DNA of 64,000 nt from Antedon mediterranea (lineage: Eukaryota; Animalia; Echinodermata): positions 26,709,175 to 26,773,174 of the forward strand of contig NC_092677.1 of the NCBI RefSeq assembly GCF_964355755.1, in the 5' to 3' direction. The number at the start of each line of letters is the position of its first letter. Within the stretch, counting starts at the first letter, position 1. Both the position numbers and the translations under genes were made by a program. Below the pieces are notes generated by a model. That model was not told the origin of the DNA. It saw only the letters and a list, made by a program, of their open reading frames with translations, and did no database searches. This document shows positions 27,001 through 38,990 of the stretch, piece by piece.

Positions 27001-28137
27001 CTGGCGGCTCAAGGTACTCTTTCTTCCTTTTTTTTATAAAGATGCCTTCGCTCAAATCTTGACACCCAGAAAGACTGACTCTAATTTTGGTCTTTTCTTT
27101 GATAAACAGGCACCTTACTATTTAATTTCAATTAATTAAGTTTAATTTTCATCTGACAAATTTCTTACACATTCTTCATTCTTCTTATACATATGTATAT
27201 GGCTTTTGTGTGTTGACATCATCTGATTTTTATTATGTAATATTGTGATACATGTTAACAAATTTATATTGAGGCAGTTTTATTTTGATTTGTTTATCTA
27301 CCCTGCCTATGCAGCTATTTGTTTTATACATATATACACGTTCCTTTATCTTTACAATACTGTTCAAACATTACTATGTTATGTTTTTTAAATTGTTTCT
27401 TTAATTTAGGCATACTTTAAATGGTCACACTGATCCTGTAGACAGTATATACCTCTCTCATGATGGCAATCGATGTTTGTCATTTGACAGCACTCAAAAG
27501 GATCGCACATTACGTGCATGGGATCTTCAAACGGGTAAGTTAATTGTTGCCCCCACTTCCAAAATAACATGTGAAACCTCTACATATTATTATCCCGGAC
27601 ATTTTTTGATCAAACCATAATGCAGCTAGTAATCAGCGAAAAGTTGTGTCTTGACCTTACCAGGTACCTATTTATACACCTGTGTGGAGAGAGGCAAATG
27701 TAAAGCTCTGTCTACACTATCAAACTTTTTATGACAAATAAATGTGCCCATATATGGACATGATGATGTCATATCACTACCATATTTCAGCATATCACTA
27801 CCATATTTGGGCACATCACAATTTTGTTGTCAAACTAGTTTGATAGTGTAGACAGAGCTGTAGTAAAGTGTCTTGCCCAAAGATAACAAGCAATACTATA
27901 ATAATTAACAATCTTTTTATTGTATTAGGTGAAAGACTTGCAAGTTTCACACCTGACGAACCAATCACTTGCTGTCAAATATCAGCCGACGGATCCTGCG
28001 CCCTGATTGGTCTACGCAGTCAAAGCACGATTGTCACACTCTGGATAAGAAACAAAGACTCTGTCGATATTCCAAAAGAATCAACATCATACGGTGATTC
28101 TACTCACAACGGCAAAGTTTATAAGTTGGGGGAGTAG
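18093..28137 (+). CDS. NACHT domain- and WD40 repeat-containing protein (NWD1/NWD2-like STAND NTPase), 1279 aa
   Basis: Exons 18093-18387, 20018-20220, 21682-21958, 22304-22530, 22737-22899, 23127-23461, 23781-23972, 24251-25879, 26829-27013, 27410-27534, 27929-28137. All introns GT-AG with consistent phases; total 3840 nt. N-terminal VRMFVS..D..LERN...IYPKLR..C..LGYEF..VD domain typical of NWD proteins. Walker A GATGSGKS (23273-23296), Walker B LIVLDGLD, NVRRLQELPYH motif, C-terminal WD repeats (LLVWD, LIVWD, LNGHTDPV..LRAWD). Confidence 0.93.
18514..19075. mobile_element. Tc1/mariner-like MITE (TA-CAGTCAAC ... GTTGACTG-TA) with internal ~33-bp tandem repeats
   Basis: TIR and TA flanks are visible. 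Internal repeat CTCTCCCAATACCAAACTTTCTGAAAACCGGAAA. Interrupted by a second element at 18559-18777. Confidence 0.7.
18559..18777. mobile_element. Young MITE with ~50-bp near-perfect TIRs, nested in the Tc1-like MITE
   Basis: TACTCTAGTAGCTAGATCAACTTTYGTATGCACTTTGAGGTCCAGAGAATT at both ends, inverted. Splits a host CTCCCAAT|ACCAAAC unit. Confidence 0.85.
19300..19635 (+). mobile_element. Probable SINE
   Basis: Degenerate tRNA-like head (TAGTGTGGTT), GC-richer body, A-rich AATAAATAAATAAAAATA tail. Confidence 0.4.
20309..20463. mobile_element. AGCTCTGTCTACACTATCAAACT-family MITE
   Basis: GTCTACACTATCAAACT ... AGTTTCATAGTGTAGACAGAGCT, with the family core GCCCAAATATGGTAGTGATAT. Further copies at ~22010, ~23611, ~24118, ~35604 and ~55945. 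Confidence 0.8.
21247..21383. mobile_element. MITE, Harbinger-like (AGCTTGGTTCCCACT TIR)
   Basis: AGCTTGGTTCCCACT ... AGTGGGAACCACACT. Related ends at ~15660-15792 and ~62514. Confidence 0.6.
26259..26588. mobile_element. Kolobok-like MITE, ~330 bp
   Basis: TTAAGATGTATTGTCCCCC ... GGGGGACAATACATCTTTAA (TIR plus TTAA flanks). Confidence 0.8.
27660..27886 (-). mobile_element. SINE central-domain fragment split by a MITE
   Basis: Reverse complement reads TTGGGCAAGACACTTTA ... TGCCTCTCTCCACACAGGTGTATAAATAGGTACCTGG, a widely conserved invertebrate SINE core. Confidence 0.6.
27704..27859. mobile_element. Full-length AGCTCTGTCTACACTATCAAACT-family MITE (Harbinger-like)
   Basis: Perfect 23-bp TIRs AGCTCTGTCTACACTATCAAACT / AGTTTGATAGTGTAGACAGAGCT. 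Confidence 0.9.
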
Positions 28138-28701
28138 TATTAATGTGCGAACGTACTGAATGGTGCCTGAAAATCACAAATGATGACAGAATTTGAACTT
28201 ATGGTTCATCGTTCTTTGCTACTTTCCACGATGCATATTAAAAACTTTCAGGAAAGGCATTTTGGACCGGCAGCCGAAAAAATGTTTTGTTAGAAATTTA
28301 GCGAATTGATTGGAAGCAGATATTTATAGGAGGTAGCTAATGTGACGTGGTTGGATGATCGTTTGTTAGATGCAGCAGACATGTGTTAGGTTACTGTGCA
28401 TTTTGTGTCTTCTTCGTCTCGGCATGCTCTACTTGTGATCGTGCCATTTCTTATTTAGGTATTCACAGTTGTCTTTACATCTGGTTAGTTGTGTGTACAT
28501 GTCAAGTTTAGATTAGTTGATACACAAAACAAATCATGGGGAATGCTGTTATGTAGGCCAGAGCTGTTTTAAGTCACCAGGTCTAATTTAAGCATCTGAC
28601 GACTTAAAATGTTTCATAAAAACAACTTTATGTCACTAAAACAATTTCTAGTGTTAAATAATCAATTGTCTGTTACATTGTAAAAGAATTGAAACTCATT
28701 A

Positions 28702-29021
28702 TAGTTGAACCCCTGATTTGGGACACTCCTATTTAGAGGACACACCCATATTCAGAGGTCACCCTCCTATTCAGAGGCCACCTTCCTATTCAGAGGTCAC
28801 ACCCTATTCAGAGGTCACACCCTATTCAGAGGACACACCCCCATTCAGAGGACAAACCCATATTCATAGGACACGTCCTATTCAATGGTCACACCTTTAT
28901 TCAGAGAACACACCCATATTAAGAGGACACGCCTATATTCAGAGGTCACACCGCTATTTGGAGGACACGCCCATATTCAGTGGTCATGCCCCATATTCAG
29001 AATTCATCCTGTTCTACTGTA
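28702..29021. mobile_element. Tc1-like MITE with an internal ~18-20-bp minisatellite (CCTATTCAGAGGWCACAC)
   Basis: AGTTGAACCCC ... GTTCTACTGTA ends and ~13 internal repeats. Lies in the probable NWD 3'UTR. Confidence 0.65.
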
Positions 29022-31099
29022 CTTGAAGCTCTAGTATTGAAAATCAAGTTGTATTCACATTCTACCATTTGAATGTTGTAGTCTAATATTGATACCTATA
29101 TGTCTTAATCTAGTAAAGAAAAAATCATATTCATTTCAATTCAATACAATTTTCTTATTTCCAGTATTTCAAATTCTATTGCTTCAAAATAATTGTATTC
29201 AGTATGTGATTAATATATTTTGTAATTAGTTACTACCTTGCTCTGACCTCCATTCTGTTGCATTTTCATCCTTTTTCAATTTCACAACTGTTTCCCATCT
29301 GACAATAAATTAGAAGGTGCTGTCATCAAAGTGCTCCTACTCTACTTATCCCAAGCTAAGATATAAGGGTGCTTAAATGTTTATTTGCTAGTTTCTGCAA
29401 TTGTACTAGCGTTACACCGTTATGTAACTTTCAAATTGCGCATAACATGTACATTATGTCAAGGACGAATATTACCCTGTGGTGCTGGCAGCAAGGCACA
29501 CATCAAGCCCCAGTAGTCTGACCGTATCCAACTCAGTGGCGTAACGCATTTTTAGCCTTTTTTGGCATATTTTAATGCCTGTGTTTTCTTCTGGGCACTG
29601 CTCAAGGTCCCCATAAGCCCTGGGGCCCCTGGGTTTAGACAGACAGACATGATCATAGTGTATCTGCAGGTAAACTTGACATTTAAACACATGTGCCAGC
29701 GTGTAGAGAGTTTACTATTGGCAGTATTCCAGTGTATGTATTCAGGCTATGAGCTATTACACTTAAAGTGTATATAAGCTCATATAGATGTGTATATTAG
29801 AGTAAGTATTTAAGATGTAAAGAATATTAATATCTTTATTAGTGGCGTAGAAGAAGGAGGTTATTATCTTTATTAGTGGTGTAGAAGAAGTAATAATCAG
29901 GAATCAACAGTAGGCTGAAATATACATACAATTATTAAGTCATAATTGTTAATGTAATAATAATAATAATACAGTAACATGTAGTGTTTGACTGTATACC
30001 TTCTTTATGGTTCGATATCAACCATGTTTTAGACGATTCCAAAGATGATATATAATATTGTAGTAAAGGTCAAAGGTTACAATTCGTAATAATCTAATGT
30101 AATGATTTGTTGCTTAAACTTAATAATACATTGTATGTATATATTCTGTGGTTTCATTCATTAGAGAGATTGCTTTATTCTAGGTGGATATTGGTGGTGT
30201 TTATAAACATGTTTAAAGTTATCAACGGAGCCGGCCACTAACAAATTAGGGCCAATCCATTCTGTTACCGTGATAAACTTGCTTTTGTAGAAACAATACA
30301 ATTGCAAAAACTAATACCTACTGATTGTACAACCCTTTATATAATCATGGTAAATAAAAAATTGGACGAGAATAAACACATATTTTATTTTAACATTTTT
30401 TCTCGATTTAATACATCATATATACTCTTCATTGATGCTTGTCAAATTATATGTAGAGTTACATTATAAGGGTTAGAGTGTGTCCTTGTACTGTAAAGAG
30501 GATGGAGTATACGATTCACTGTAAAGTTTGTGTTGGCTCTACTTTTTGTATAACTCTATGGTGTTATATGCCTCTATGGTTACTTAGGCTTAGGAGTATT
30601 TTCAACTGTGATTTGCCATTATATTATATATTATATAACTTTATGTGTATTACACATTTTCAAAGCTTTCTACATTATGTGTATAGTGTATGGGTGTGTG
30701 TGAGTGAGTTTATTTATTTATTTTTTGTTGTAAGAAATAAATATTTGATGTGACTACTGATAGAATATTATTGATTGTCATTGTCATTTTTCAGAATAGA
30801 AGAAGAATACAATGTATATTATTTGTTGTCTTTATTTACTGATTCAGATCCATATTGTCCAGTTCACATTCTGAAAAAAGTACCTGTTTAATCTAAATTC
30901 AATCAAATCATGAACTCTTTGGTCTTTTCATGTTAAATAAAAAGAAATCATATAAGTACGAGTACAAAATTTAATCCACATTAATGTATATTAATTCTAT
31001 TAAATCGTATGCAACAGGACAGACCATATTTATAAAAATAAATAGCATTGAATTGAAAATTTGTAATGAAATACAAACATTAAATTTAAAGGGCTAATC

Positions 31100-31177
31100 T
31101 GGACGTTGGTGGCGCACTACAAATTGCATGACGATGTGAAAGTCGACGACGTACGTCCGCGGGAAGCAACTATTTTG
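31100..31177 (+). promoter_or_regulatory. Putative TCF25 promoter and non-coding first exon
   Basis: CpG-rich patch (GTCGACGACGTACGTCCGCGGGAAG) ending at a G|GTAAGG donor at 31178. The ATG exon is preceded by an AG acceptor at 31584-31585. Confidence 0.6.
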
Positions 31178-31591
31178 GTAAGGCTAGGCCTAGGCCTACG
31201 ATGAAACTTTAATTACTTTATGTAAGTTGTTTATAATGAGAATAACTAAGCGCCATACTCTTTTTATCTAGCTATGGCTAGAACCGGTGTAGCTAGGCTA
31301 AAGGCCTAGATAAGCTTGGTTAGTATCCTACTCCTTCCTAGCTAGCCAGCTAGCTAGCTAGGCCCTCTAGCCCTAGGCCGAGCACAATTATTATTTACTA
31401 TTATTAGCCAATTAACTGCACAGGCCTAGCCTACTCTTCTCTAGGCTAGTACTAGTCTGATAGTATTAGTAGGGCCTTCTCTGCTGCTAGGCCTAACTGG
31501 TTGAGAATAAACAAGATGATGATTGAGCTGTGTGTATTCCGGCATAAAAATTAATAAATAACCATATGTTTCTTTCATAATTTAGATCAAT

Positions 31592-34500
31592 ATGTCTTCA
31601 AGAGCTGTTAGAAAACTGCATGGTGATTCAGACTTGGCATTGCTGGCCCCTGTCGATGATGATAAAGAATCGGACATTTCAGAAGACGATGGTCCGGCAC
31701 AACCCATTAAAACAAAGGCTAATTTATTTGAACTTGTAGGTATATGTACAGTAATCATCCCATCTGTCCATGTAACAATTTTAGACCAATCAAAATGTTA
31801 TAAATGTTATATTTATATGTTGTATTTTGTTAGTATATTATGGTTTTACTTTGTACTGTCCGTAGTTGAATAGTGAAAATTTAATTTATTTTTTTTTACC
31901 TGACCTTCATCCTAAAAAGCAAGTATCTTAACATTGTATAGATGTTCCAACACATCTTGTACTTTTCTACATCCTTATCCAATGCACATTATTTATATCA
32001 TTTTTCTAGTTAGGAGATGATGAAGGCATCGTAGACGATGATATAGAAGAAGAAGAGGAGAAAGAAGATAAAAAAGAGGACACAGAACCAAAATCAACCG
32101 GTGCTGTGAAGAAAAAAAGGAAAAAGAAAAAAAAGAAAAAAGCTAACGAGAAGAAAGAACAGAGGAATGAAGAAAATAATGTAGATGAGAATGTAAAAAA
32201 CATTTTCTAAAAATATTTATGTAACTGCTACAATTTAAAATGTTATGTATTATGGGTAGTATATCTATTTATAAAACACCTAGATAAATTCCTTTATTTG
32301 TGTGTCACATGGCATGCAATAGTAAGCACTATTGAACAGTTGTTTTCATGTCTATAGTCTCACCCTCTTTTTACTTATCCCAATATTTCTCTTTAATTCA
32401 ATAACTCTTCGATTATTAATTTGTTCTTTAGCCTGAAGATGAAATAGATGCCAGCATACGAGAAGTAAACAAAATACTTGGTCCCCTTCCAGTAACCAAT
32501 GGGATAATGAATACAGAAGAAGTACCGGTTTCTATAGGAACTCGCTCGTTACTAAGCATCGAGCACAAACACCTTAATCCCGATAACGAAATGCGGAGGA
32601 TATTTGGCTCGCAGGTTGTGAGATCAGAACACAGGTTGGTTGCTGAAAAGAATTTTAAAATATACTTTACAAGAATTTGCAACTGATCACTTGTGTACAG
32701 GGAAATTATTATTATTTTTTGTTTATTTATTTAGGCCAATTGTCAAGGATAACCAGCGAATTCATTCACTATCCTTAAAGGTCGCAAACATATATAGTAA
32801 AGTCTTATTACAAATCTTTGAGAGTGGAGTTGTAATTCCTAGATCTTAGGCCGTAGAGTCCCGACTGTTCCACAAATTTCCTTCTTGTTTAGAAAGCAGA
32901 GAATTTAAAATAATTTATTTTTAGACGGAAAGAACGAAGAAAAAATATTCAGAAGTCAGGTTGGTTAGTGTCGCCCAGACCCAACTGGCCTCCCATCTCA
33001 AAAACAGGTAAAAATCACATTTTATTGATCAATTTGTATAAATTGTGTATAGATTTATTGTTTAAACATTTGTCATTTGGTTTAATATACAGTAGGACCC
33101 CTTCTGTGGTACACTACTATAAAGCCGATTTTCAACTAGGCGAATTGAAAGCGCCAGCTTGTACGCATGTGTATTCATGTTTACATCTTCCAAATCCTTC
33201 TCTACGCATGTGTATTAGCCGACGCCTTCGATTCGCGCGAACAAATTCGCCTAGTGGAAAATCGGCTTTAGTGGATACTTTCCTCAAAGCAAGTGATAAG
33301 AAATATAATGTTTTAATACTACAGCCAACCCCTAATAAGGAGGGTACATTTTGTTTGGTCCTGGAGATGTCCCCTTTATAGAGTTCTACTGTATCAATTG
33401 ACATTCAAATATTTGTTGTTTTATAGGTTTATCTATGACGCTAGGTAGCAGTAAAAATGGGTAAGTTTTCTAATCATTAAGTTTTATCAAAACTAAAAGT
33501 AAGTTCTCAACTTCTTCATCCGTGCACATTCAGTATAGTATTGAATACTGTAATCTATTATTATAAGAGAGTATGTTTGTGTTTAACACCAATTCTTTTC
33601 TTTTGTGGGTATTAAAATGACTGGAATTGTTACAATGTACTGGAATGTTTTAAACTACATTAAAAAAAACTCACAGTTTTAGATTCAATATGGCTGCCAA
33701 ATCTGAAACTCGCCTCATGTAACATGTCAGTGTTAACTTTTCTATTTCACCAAATTTTAATTATTTACTTTTTCCATTTTCTTTCCAGATACCAATATTT
33801 TAATTTTGAACATTCTAAGGAATATCAGAAAGTAGAATTTCAATTCCTTGATGCAGTAGAGTCTTATAATCCTTCTAATTTAATAGTGAGTATTATTGTT
33901 TTAAATATTTATCCATTTCATCTGAAAATTGAGATCAAAGAAGTTGAAAAATGGTGCTTTTATAGTGTGTTTAATTAAAGTTACCACCCCATTGGACTTA
34001 AGTGAGGTTTTGAAAAAGGCTACGTTGGGTCAATTGGTGTGTTGTCGGTCGTCGACTGGACCCAGAAACTACCAAAACTATGTTGAGTGCTAATTTCCTC
34101 GCATGTACAAAATAAATAGTTATAGTTAATCGAAAACTCCCTATTTGAAATATAAAAACTATAAAATCCTTTGTTCTATATATTTGTGTGTGTTTTTGTA
34201 TCACCTTATTCTCATCTTTTTTGTCAGTCTTTGGTGAACATGCACCCGTATCATATTAACAGTTTACTACAACTTAGTGAAGTCTGCAAAATGTCTGAAG
34301 ACTTACAAATGGCAACTGAACTCATTGGTAAGCCATAATAACTATTAATTGCAGTATAATATGAAATTAACAAGTAATAATTGGCTTGATGAAGAAAAAG
34401 CTTGCCACTCTATTTCTGTTTTACTTCTCTTTTTGATTTAGCTTTTTGCTGATTTATTTGTATCTTTAATGTGAACCAGCCACTGATACCCACAGTCATT

Positions 34501-37500
34501 TTCAGTAATTTGCCTTTTTGATTAATAATGATAATAGTTGTTTTAAACTAGATAGTGTTATTCCATCTGTAGCAAACTATCACATTTGTTCTATAGTGAA
34601 ATAAAACCAGTGAAATCCTGACTATTATATATACATCCATTCATTTAAAGTAGTTCTAAAACTCTGTCTGTCTACACTATCGAACTTTATGTGACAAAAA
34701 AATATGCCCATATGGACACAATGACATCATATCACTACCATATTTGGGCACATCACACTTTTTTTGTCAAACTAGTTTGATAGTGTAGACAGAGCTTTAT
34801 CTTATTTAATATTATGTTTGCAGAGAAAGCATTGTACTGTATGGAGGGTAGCTTACACACATTATTCAACTTGGCACAAGGCACATGTCGACTTGATTAC
34901 AGGCACCCTGAGAACAGGGCGCTGTTCTTAGCTTTGTTCCGTCATCTAGTATACATAGGAAATAAAGGATCTTATAGAACCGCCTTGGAGTTATGTAAAC
35001 TTCTTCTTGGGTAGGTTACCATGGTCTTTCTTTAAGAGCGCCTCATAATGAGCCCCCCCCCCCCCCCCCCCCATAAAGTTATTGCTAATCTAGCTTTTAA
35101 TACCATATATCCTCTGGTATAATCCCGCATCGATCAGTCTAATCCCACCCCATACTTTATGTCTGATTTTAGAAACAGGCATATCCCAGGGTATAGTCCC
35201 ATTATTGACTTTTGATCTTGATGTAGGCCTCTCTCTAGTCAGTTCGAATGAGTTTTTACAAGAAATGCTTACAAATCATTTTTTTCATGAACCAGAGTTT
35301 CCCGGAGTATAGTCCCACCCTCCAAAGTTGGCCCAATTTCGTGTTTTAAGGGGTGGGATTATATTTGAGGATTCATTGGAAAATTAAATTAAAGCTTTTT
35401 TATTTAATAGGCTTGACCCGAATGGAGATCCAATTTGTATTTTATTAATGATGGACTTTTATGCAATTCGTTCAGAGCAGTATGACTATTTGATTCGGCT
35501 TTATAATGAATGGGAAGTAAGTGTTTTCAAATATGCTTTTTGTAGTTTAATGATATATAAATCATTGTAAAATTCTTTATCTTGAAAGAATTAGATTCTA
35601 AAAGCTCTGTCTACACTATCAAAGTAGTTTGACAAAAAGTGTGATATGCCCAAATATGGTAGTGATATGACATCATTATGTTCATATATCACATTTTGTT
35701 GTCACATAAATTTTGATAATGTACACAGAGGCCAATGGTCAAATTTTAATCTCAGTAATTTTGTATCAGTTATGTTTTGGTATAGCTAGTGAGTAACATT
35801 CCTCACACTTTTAAATGTTGACGTCTGTATACTGAAATTAATAATTGTAATAACACATATGATTTGTTTTTTTCCAGTCTCACAAGAATCTTTCACAGTT
35901 ACCAAATTTTGCTTTTTCAACTGCCTTAGCACATTTCCATAGCAACGAGGATGGAGGAAAGAAAGCCGATTCAATGTTACAAGAAGCTTTGATAATGTTC
36001 CCATCTGTAAGGATATTTTATTTTTTCAATTTTTATTTCATACACATTCAACATCAAGAAACCCAATATCAGAATGGATAAACTTAAACTTAACATACCT
36101 ATAAACTCAGTTGAGGCTTAGGGGGTGGAGTAGACTAGGTCAGGATTGAATCCTGCACCTTGGTATTAGAAGGCAAACATGTTAACCACCAAGCCAACAT
36201 CATATTACTACTACCACTTGTTATTGCTACCATAATTGAATACTCTACTAATATGTTTTGGTTTTATTTTAGGTTTTAATAGGTTTGTTGGATAAGTGTT
36301 CAATACAACCTGACCCATTAGTGGCTAGCCATCCATTTTTCTCCGCTTCAAGCCATACCAGGTACAGTATGTTTTCGTTTTTATGTAGCATATACTGTAG
36401 GCACATTTAAAGTATGAAAATATGTAACTACAGTACAACTACAATACAATTTATTTTACGCATTTTACCGCAGCCAGCCTGTCGCATTGACGCAGTTGGT
36501 GTCGCTCTTCATCGCTCGTAACTTCTCGTCGTGGAAGCAGCCAGAGGTGATGGGATGGCTTGAGCGAAACGTACAAGAAGTACTCAAGCGTGTCGATAAT
36601 AAAGACCCATTGGTACAAAGTTTCAGGAAAAAGTAATTTTTTTTTAGATTTTACTTTAATTTATGTACTTATATGATTTATACTGCAATTGAAATCTACC
36701 GCTTGACGTCTTATTGTTATTTTATATATTTATGTTTTGTTTGCTTTTGTCTGTTTTGTTTTGCCGTTCCTGACACAAGAATTTGCTTTGTTAATTATGA
36801 TTATTATTATTATTATAATAGTTAGAAGTTCTCTGAGCTAGAAATTCATTTTTAGTTTTGTAATTTAAAGGGCAACGAAAACTAGTTCAGTGATTCTGTT
36901 ATTTTAAATTTTTTGCAGGCGATTGTCTCGTTACCAAAAAGCACCAAGAAACGTCTATCGACATTTGATAATGTCCGAGATAAAGGAGGCTCTTATTGGG
37001 TTACCTGTGGAACTGTCAAACACACCAATACTGTCATATGATCCCCTTCCACCTCTAGACTCTATTGTTAGTTACACCAGGCCAGCAAGGCAGTCTCGGG
37101 TACAACATGACCAGTCCGGTGCTTTGGCTTCTTTTTTCCAATCTCTTCTGCCAAGCTACAATCCAGATGTAAGCCTTTTGAAATTTACTATTTGTATTGT
37201 AGTACTGAAATAGTTTGCAATCTTTTTTATTTCATTTATTTTGTCAGCAGAAAAGAACAAATACATAAGAAAACAAAATGATAAAAGAAAGGTACTCAAA
37301 ATTTAAAAAGGGACATTCCAGCAGCTTTTTTTTCTTTAAAAAGAGATATTCTCTGCTATGTCATATTTTAAGTAATTTTAAGATATATTAAGTTCATCTT
37401 GTTTATTTTATGATATAGCAATGAATATTACAAACAAACTTGTATCTTAAATTGAAAGATTGTTAAATGCTACAATGTTTGAACCATTTGTTAGTTTCAC

Positions 37501-37915
37501 TAGATGCTTTACTCAATTAGTCTCGTCCTTTGGACAGGATGTAAACCCGTTCCCGTGTACATATAGTGCACATCAAACACTATTCGTAGGGGATTTTCTC
37601 CCAATGTACTGCGCTGATAGGCGCTGCACTGCTGGCTGTCGTGGGTCCGTAGAGGGCCTAATCCAAATTTCCTCAGTTTCCAGTTAAGCTTGAGGATCAG
37701 AATAAATACCTTTTAACCTTTTGTCCACTCAGGCTGTTGCTGATAACAACAACGCAAGAGGTCAAGGGAGAGGTGCCGAGGGAGGATATATGCCAGAACA
37801 TGCAAACATTCGGGAAGGCATTGATGCCCTCATGAACTCAATGAGAGATTTGCTAGCAAATGTTCAGAGCTTACAACCAGAAGAAGACAATGAAGAACTA
37901 GAAGAAGTAGATTAA
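31592..37915 (+). CDS. TCF25: Transcription factor 25 / ribosome quality control complex subunit (Rqc1/Nulp1 family), 648 aa
   Basis: Exons 31592-31735, 32010-32192, 32432-32634, 32925-33007, 33427-33460, 33789-33885, 34228-34327, 34824-35010, 35411-35516, 35878-36006, 36273-36361, 36474-36632, 36919-37168, 37733-37915; 1947 nt in frame. Motifs MSSRAVRKL, EHKHLNPDNEMRRIFG, FEHSKEYQ, HPYHINSLLQLS, RLDYRHPENRALFLALF, LSQLPNFAFS, PRNVYRHLIMSE, YDPLPP. Confidence 0.96.
33089..33393. mobile_element. Tc1-like MITE carrying a nested Harbinger-like MITE (33123-33267)
   Basis: Outer ends TACAGTAGGACCCC ... GTTCTACTGTA. Inner ends AGCCGATTTTCAACTAGGCGAATT ... AATTCGCCTAGTGGAAAATCGGCT. Confidence 0.7.
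34661..34797. mobile_element. AGCTCTGTCTACACTATCAAACT-family MITE, ending ~25 bp before a TCF25 splice acceptor
   Basis: CTGTCTACACTATCGAACT ... AGTTTGATAGTGTAGACAGAGCT. Confidence 0.85.
37515..37722 (+). mobile_element. SINE 3' portion with an ACCTTT-type tail
   Basis: Shares ACACTATTCG ... GCACTGCTGGCTGYCGTGGGTCYGTA ... AAGCT.GAGGA ... TACCTTT with the copy at 55142-55290. Confidence 0.65.
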
Positions 37916-38027
37916 CGATTTAAATTTGATGGAACAGTCAGCAAATGAGAATTTGTGTTAACATGGTGATAATTACTTTGTAACCTGTATGAAAACCATA
38001 CTATCCAGTAAGCACCACTGGAGCAGC

Positions 38028-38136
38028 AGTATAGTAAGGGATCCCCTACAATGCTGTATAGTAGGGGATCCCCTTAAATGCTGTATAGTAGATGATCCCC
38101 TACAATGCTGTATAGTAGATGATCCTCTACAATGCA
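38028..38136. repeat. 27-bp minisatellite, 4 copies, in the TCF25 3'UTR
   Basis: GTATAGTAGATGATCCCCTACAATGCT units, upstream of AATAAA at ~38204 and ~38275. Confidence 0.85.
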
Positions 38137-38990
38137 GTACAGATTTAGACAGATTTTTGGACAGAAATAGTGAAGCAGCAATATTTTACCCCTTATAATA
38201 TGTTAATAAAATAGTTTTTACTAACTTATACAAAAGAACATTATTTGAAGATGTTACATATTATAATTTCAATCAATAAATTGTGATTGTCTATCTATTC
38301 TTCAGAGGTGTATCTAATAGATTAGAAAAAATGGCCTAAATCGGGGCACTTTTTAAAATACTATTATTATGCAATAATATTGCTATATATGCGCGCATAT
38401 ATTGCTTTATTATCATCTTATTGCCCTATAGTGACCATTTAAGTAAAAAATTAAAGGGTTGAAATTTGGCCAATTTTCGAAATAATCCCTGTACGTACAG
38501 GGATTTTTTCGAAAAATGGCAAAGATTGGCACTTTTTAAAATTCTATTATTATGCAATAATATTGCTATTTATGCGGATGTATTGCTTTATTTTCATATT
38601 ATAGACCTATAGTGACGATTTAAGTCCAAAAATAAAAGGGTCGAAATTTGGCAATTTTTCGAAAAAAATCCCTGTACTATACTGCCCTGCTCATGAAAGA
38701 ACGACTCAATTGACACATTTTTCAAAAATCACTTTTTTAGCTTTTTGGGCTATTTAGGGAATGATACACCTTGTGGTATATTCAGATATTCAAAATTTTA
38801 ACTAGAAATATAAAATTTAAAAATCAAAATACCACTCAATTACAAGTGTGTGTTACTATTGTCACCAACGTCTAACTCAACTACAAATGCCATGAAAGAC
38901 TCACTCAATTGACATATTAAGACCTATTATGTCATAGGAAACCCATTCAAGTGCACAACAATGTTTATTATGCTATAATATAATAATTAT

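Noticed and set aside
24499-27055. Short minus-strand ORFs overlapping NWD exons
   Set aside because: Antisense shadows of real coding exons.
35053-35073. C21 homopolymer (potential G-quadruplex on the minus strand)
   Set aside because: Isolated intronic homopolymer in repeat-like sequence; its length is unreliable and there is no functional evidence.
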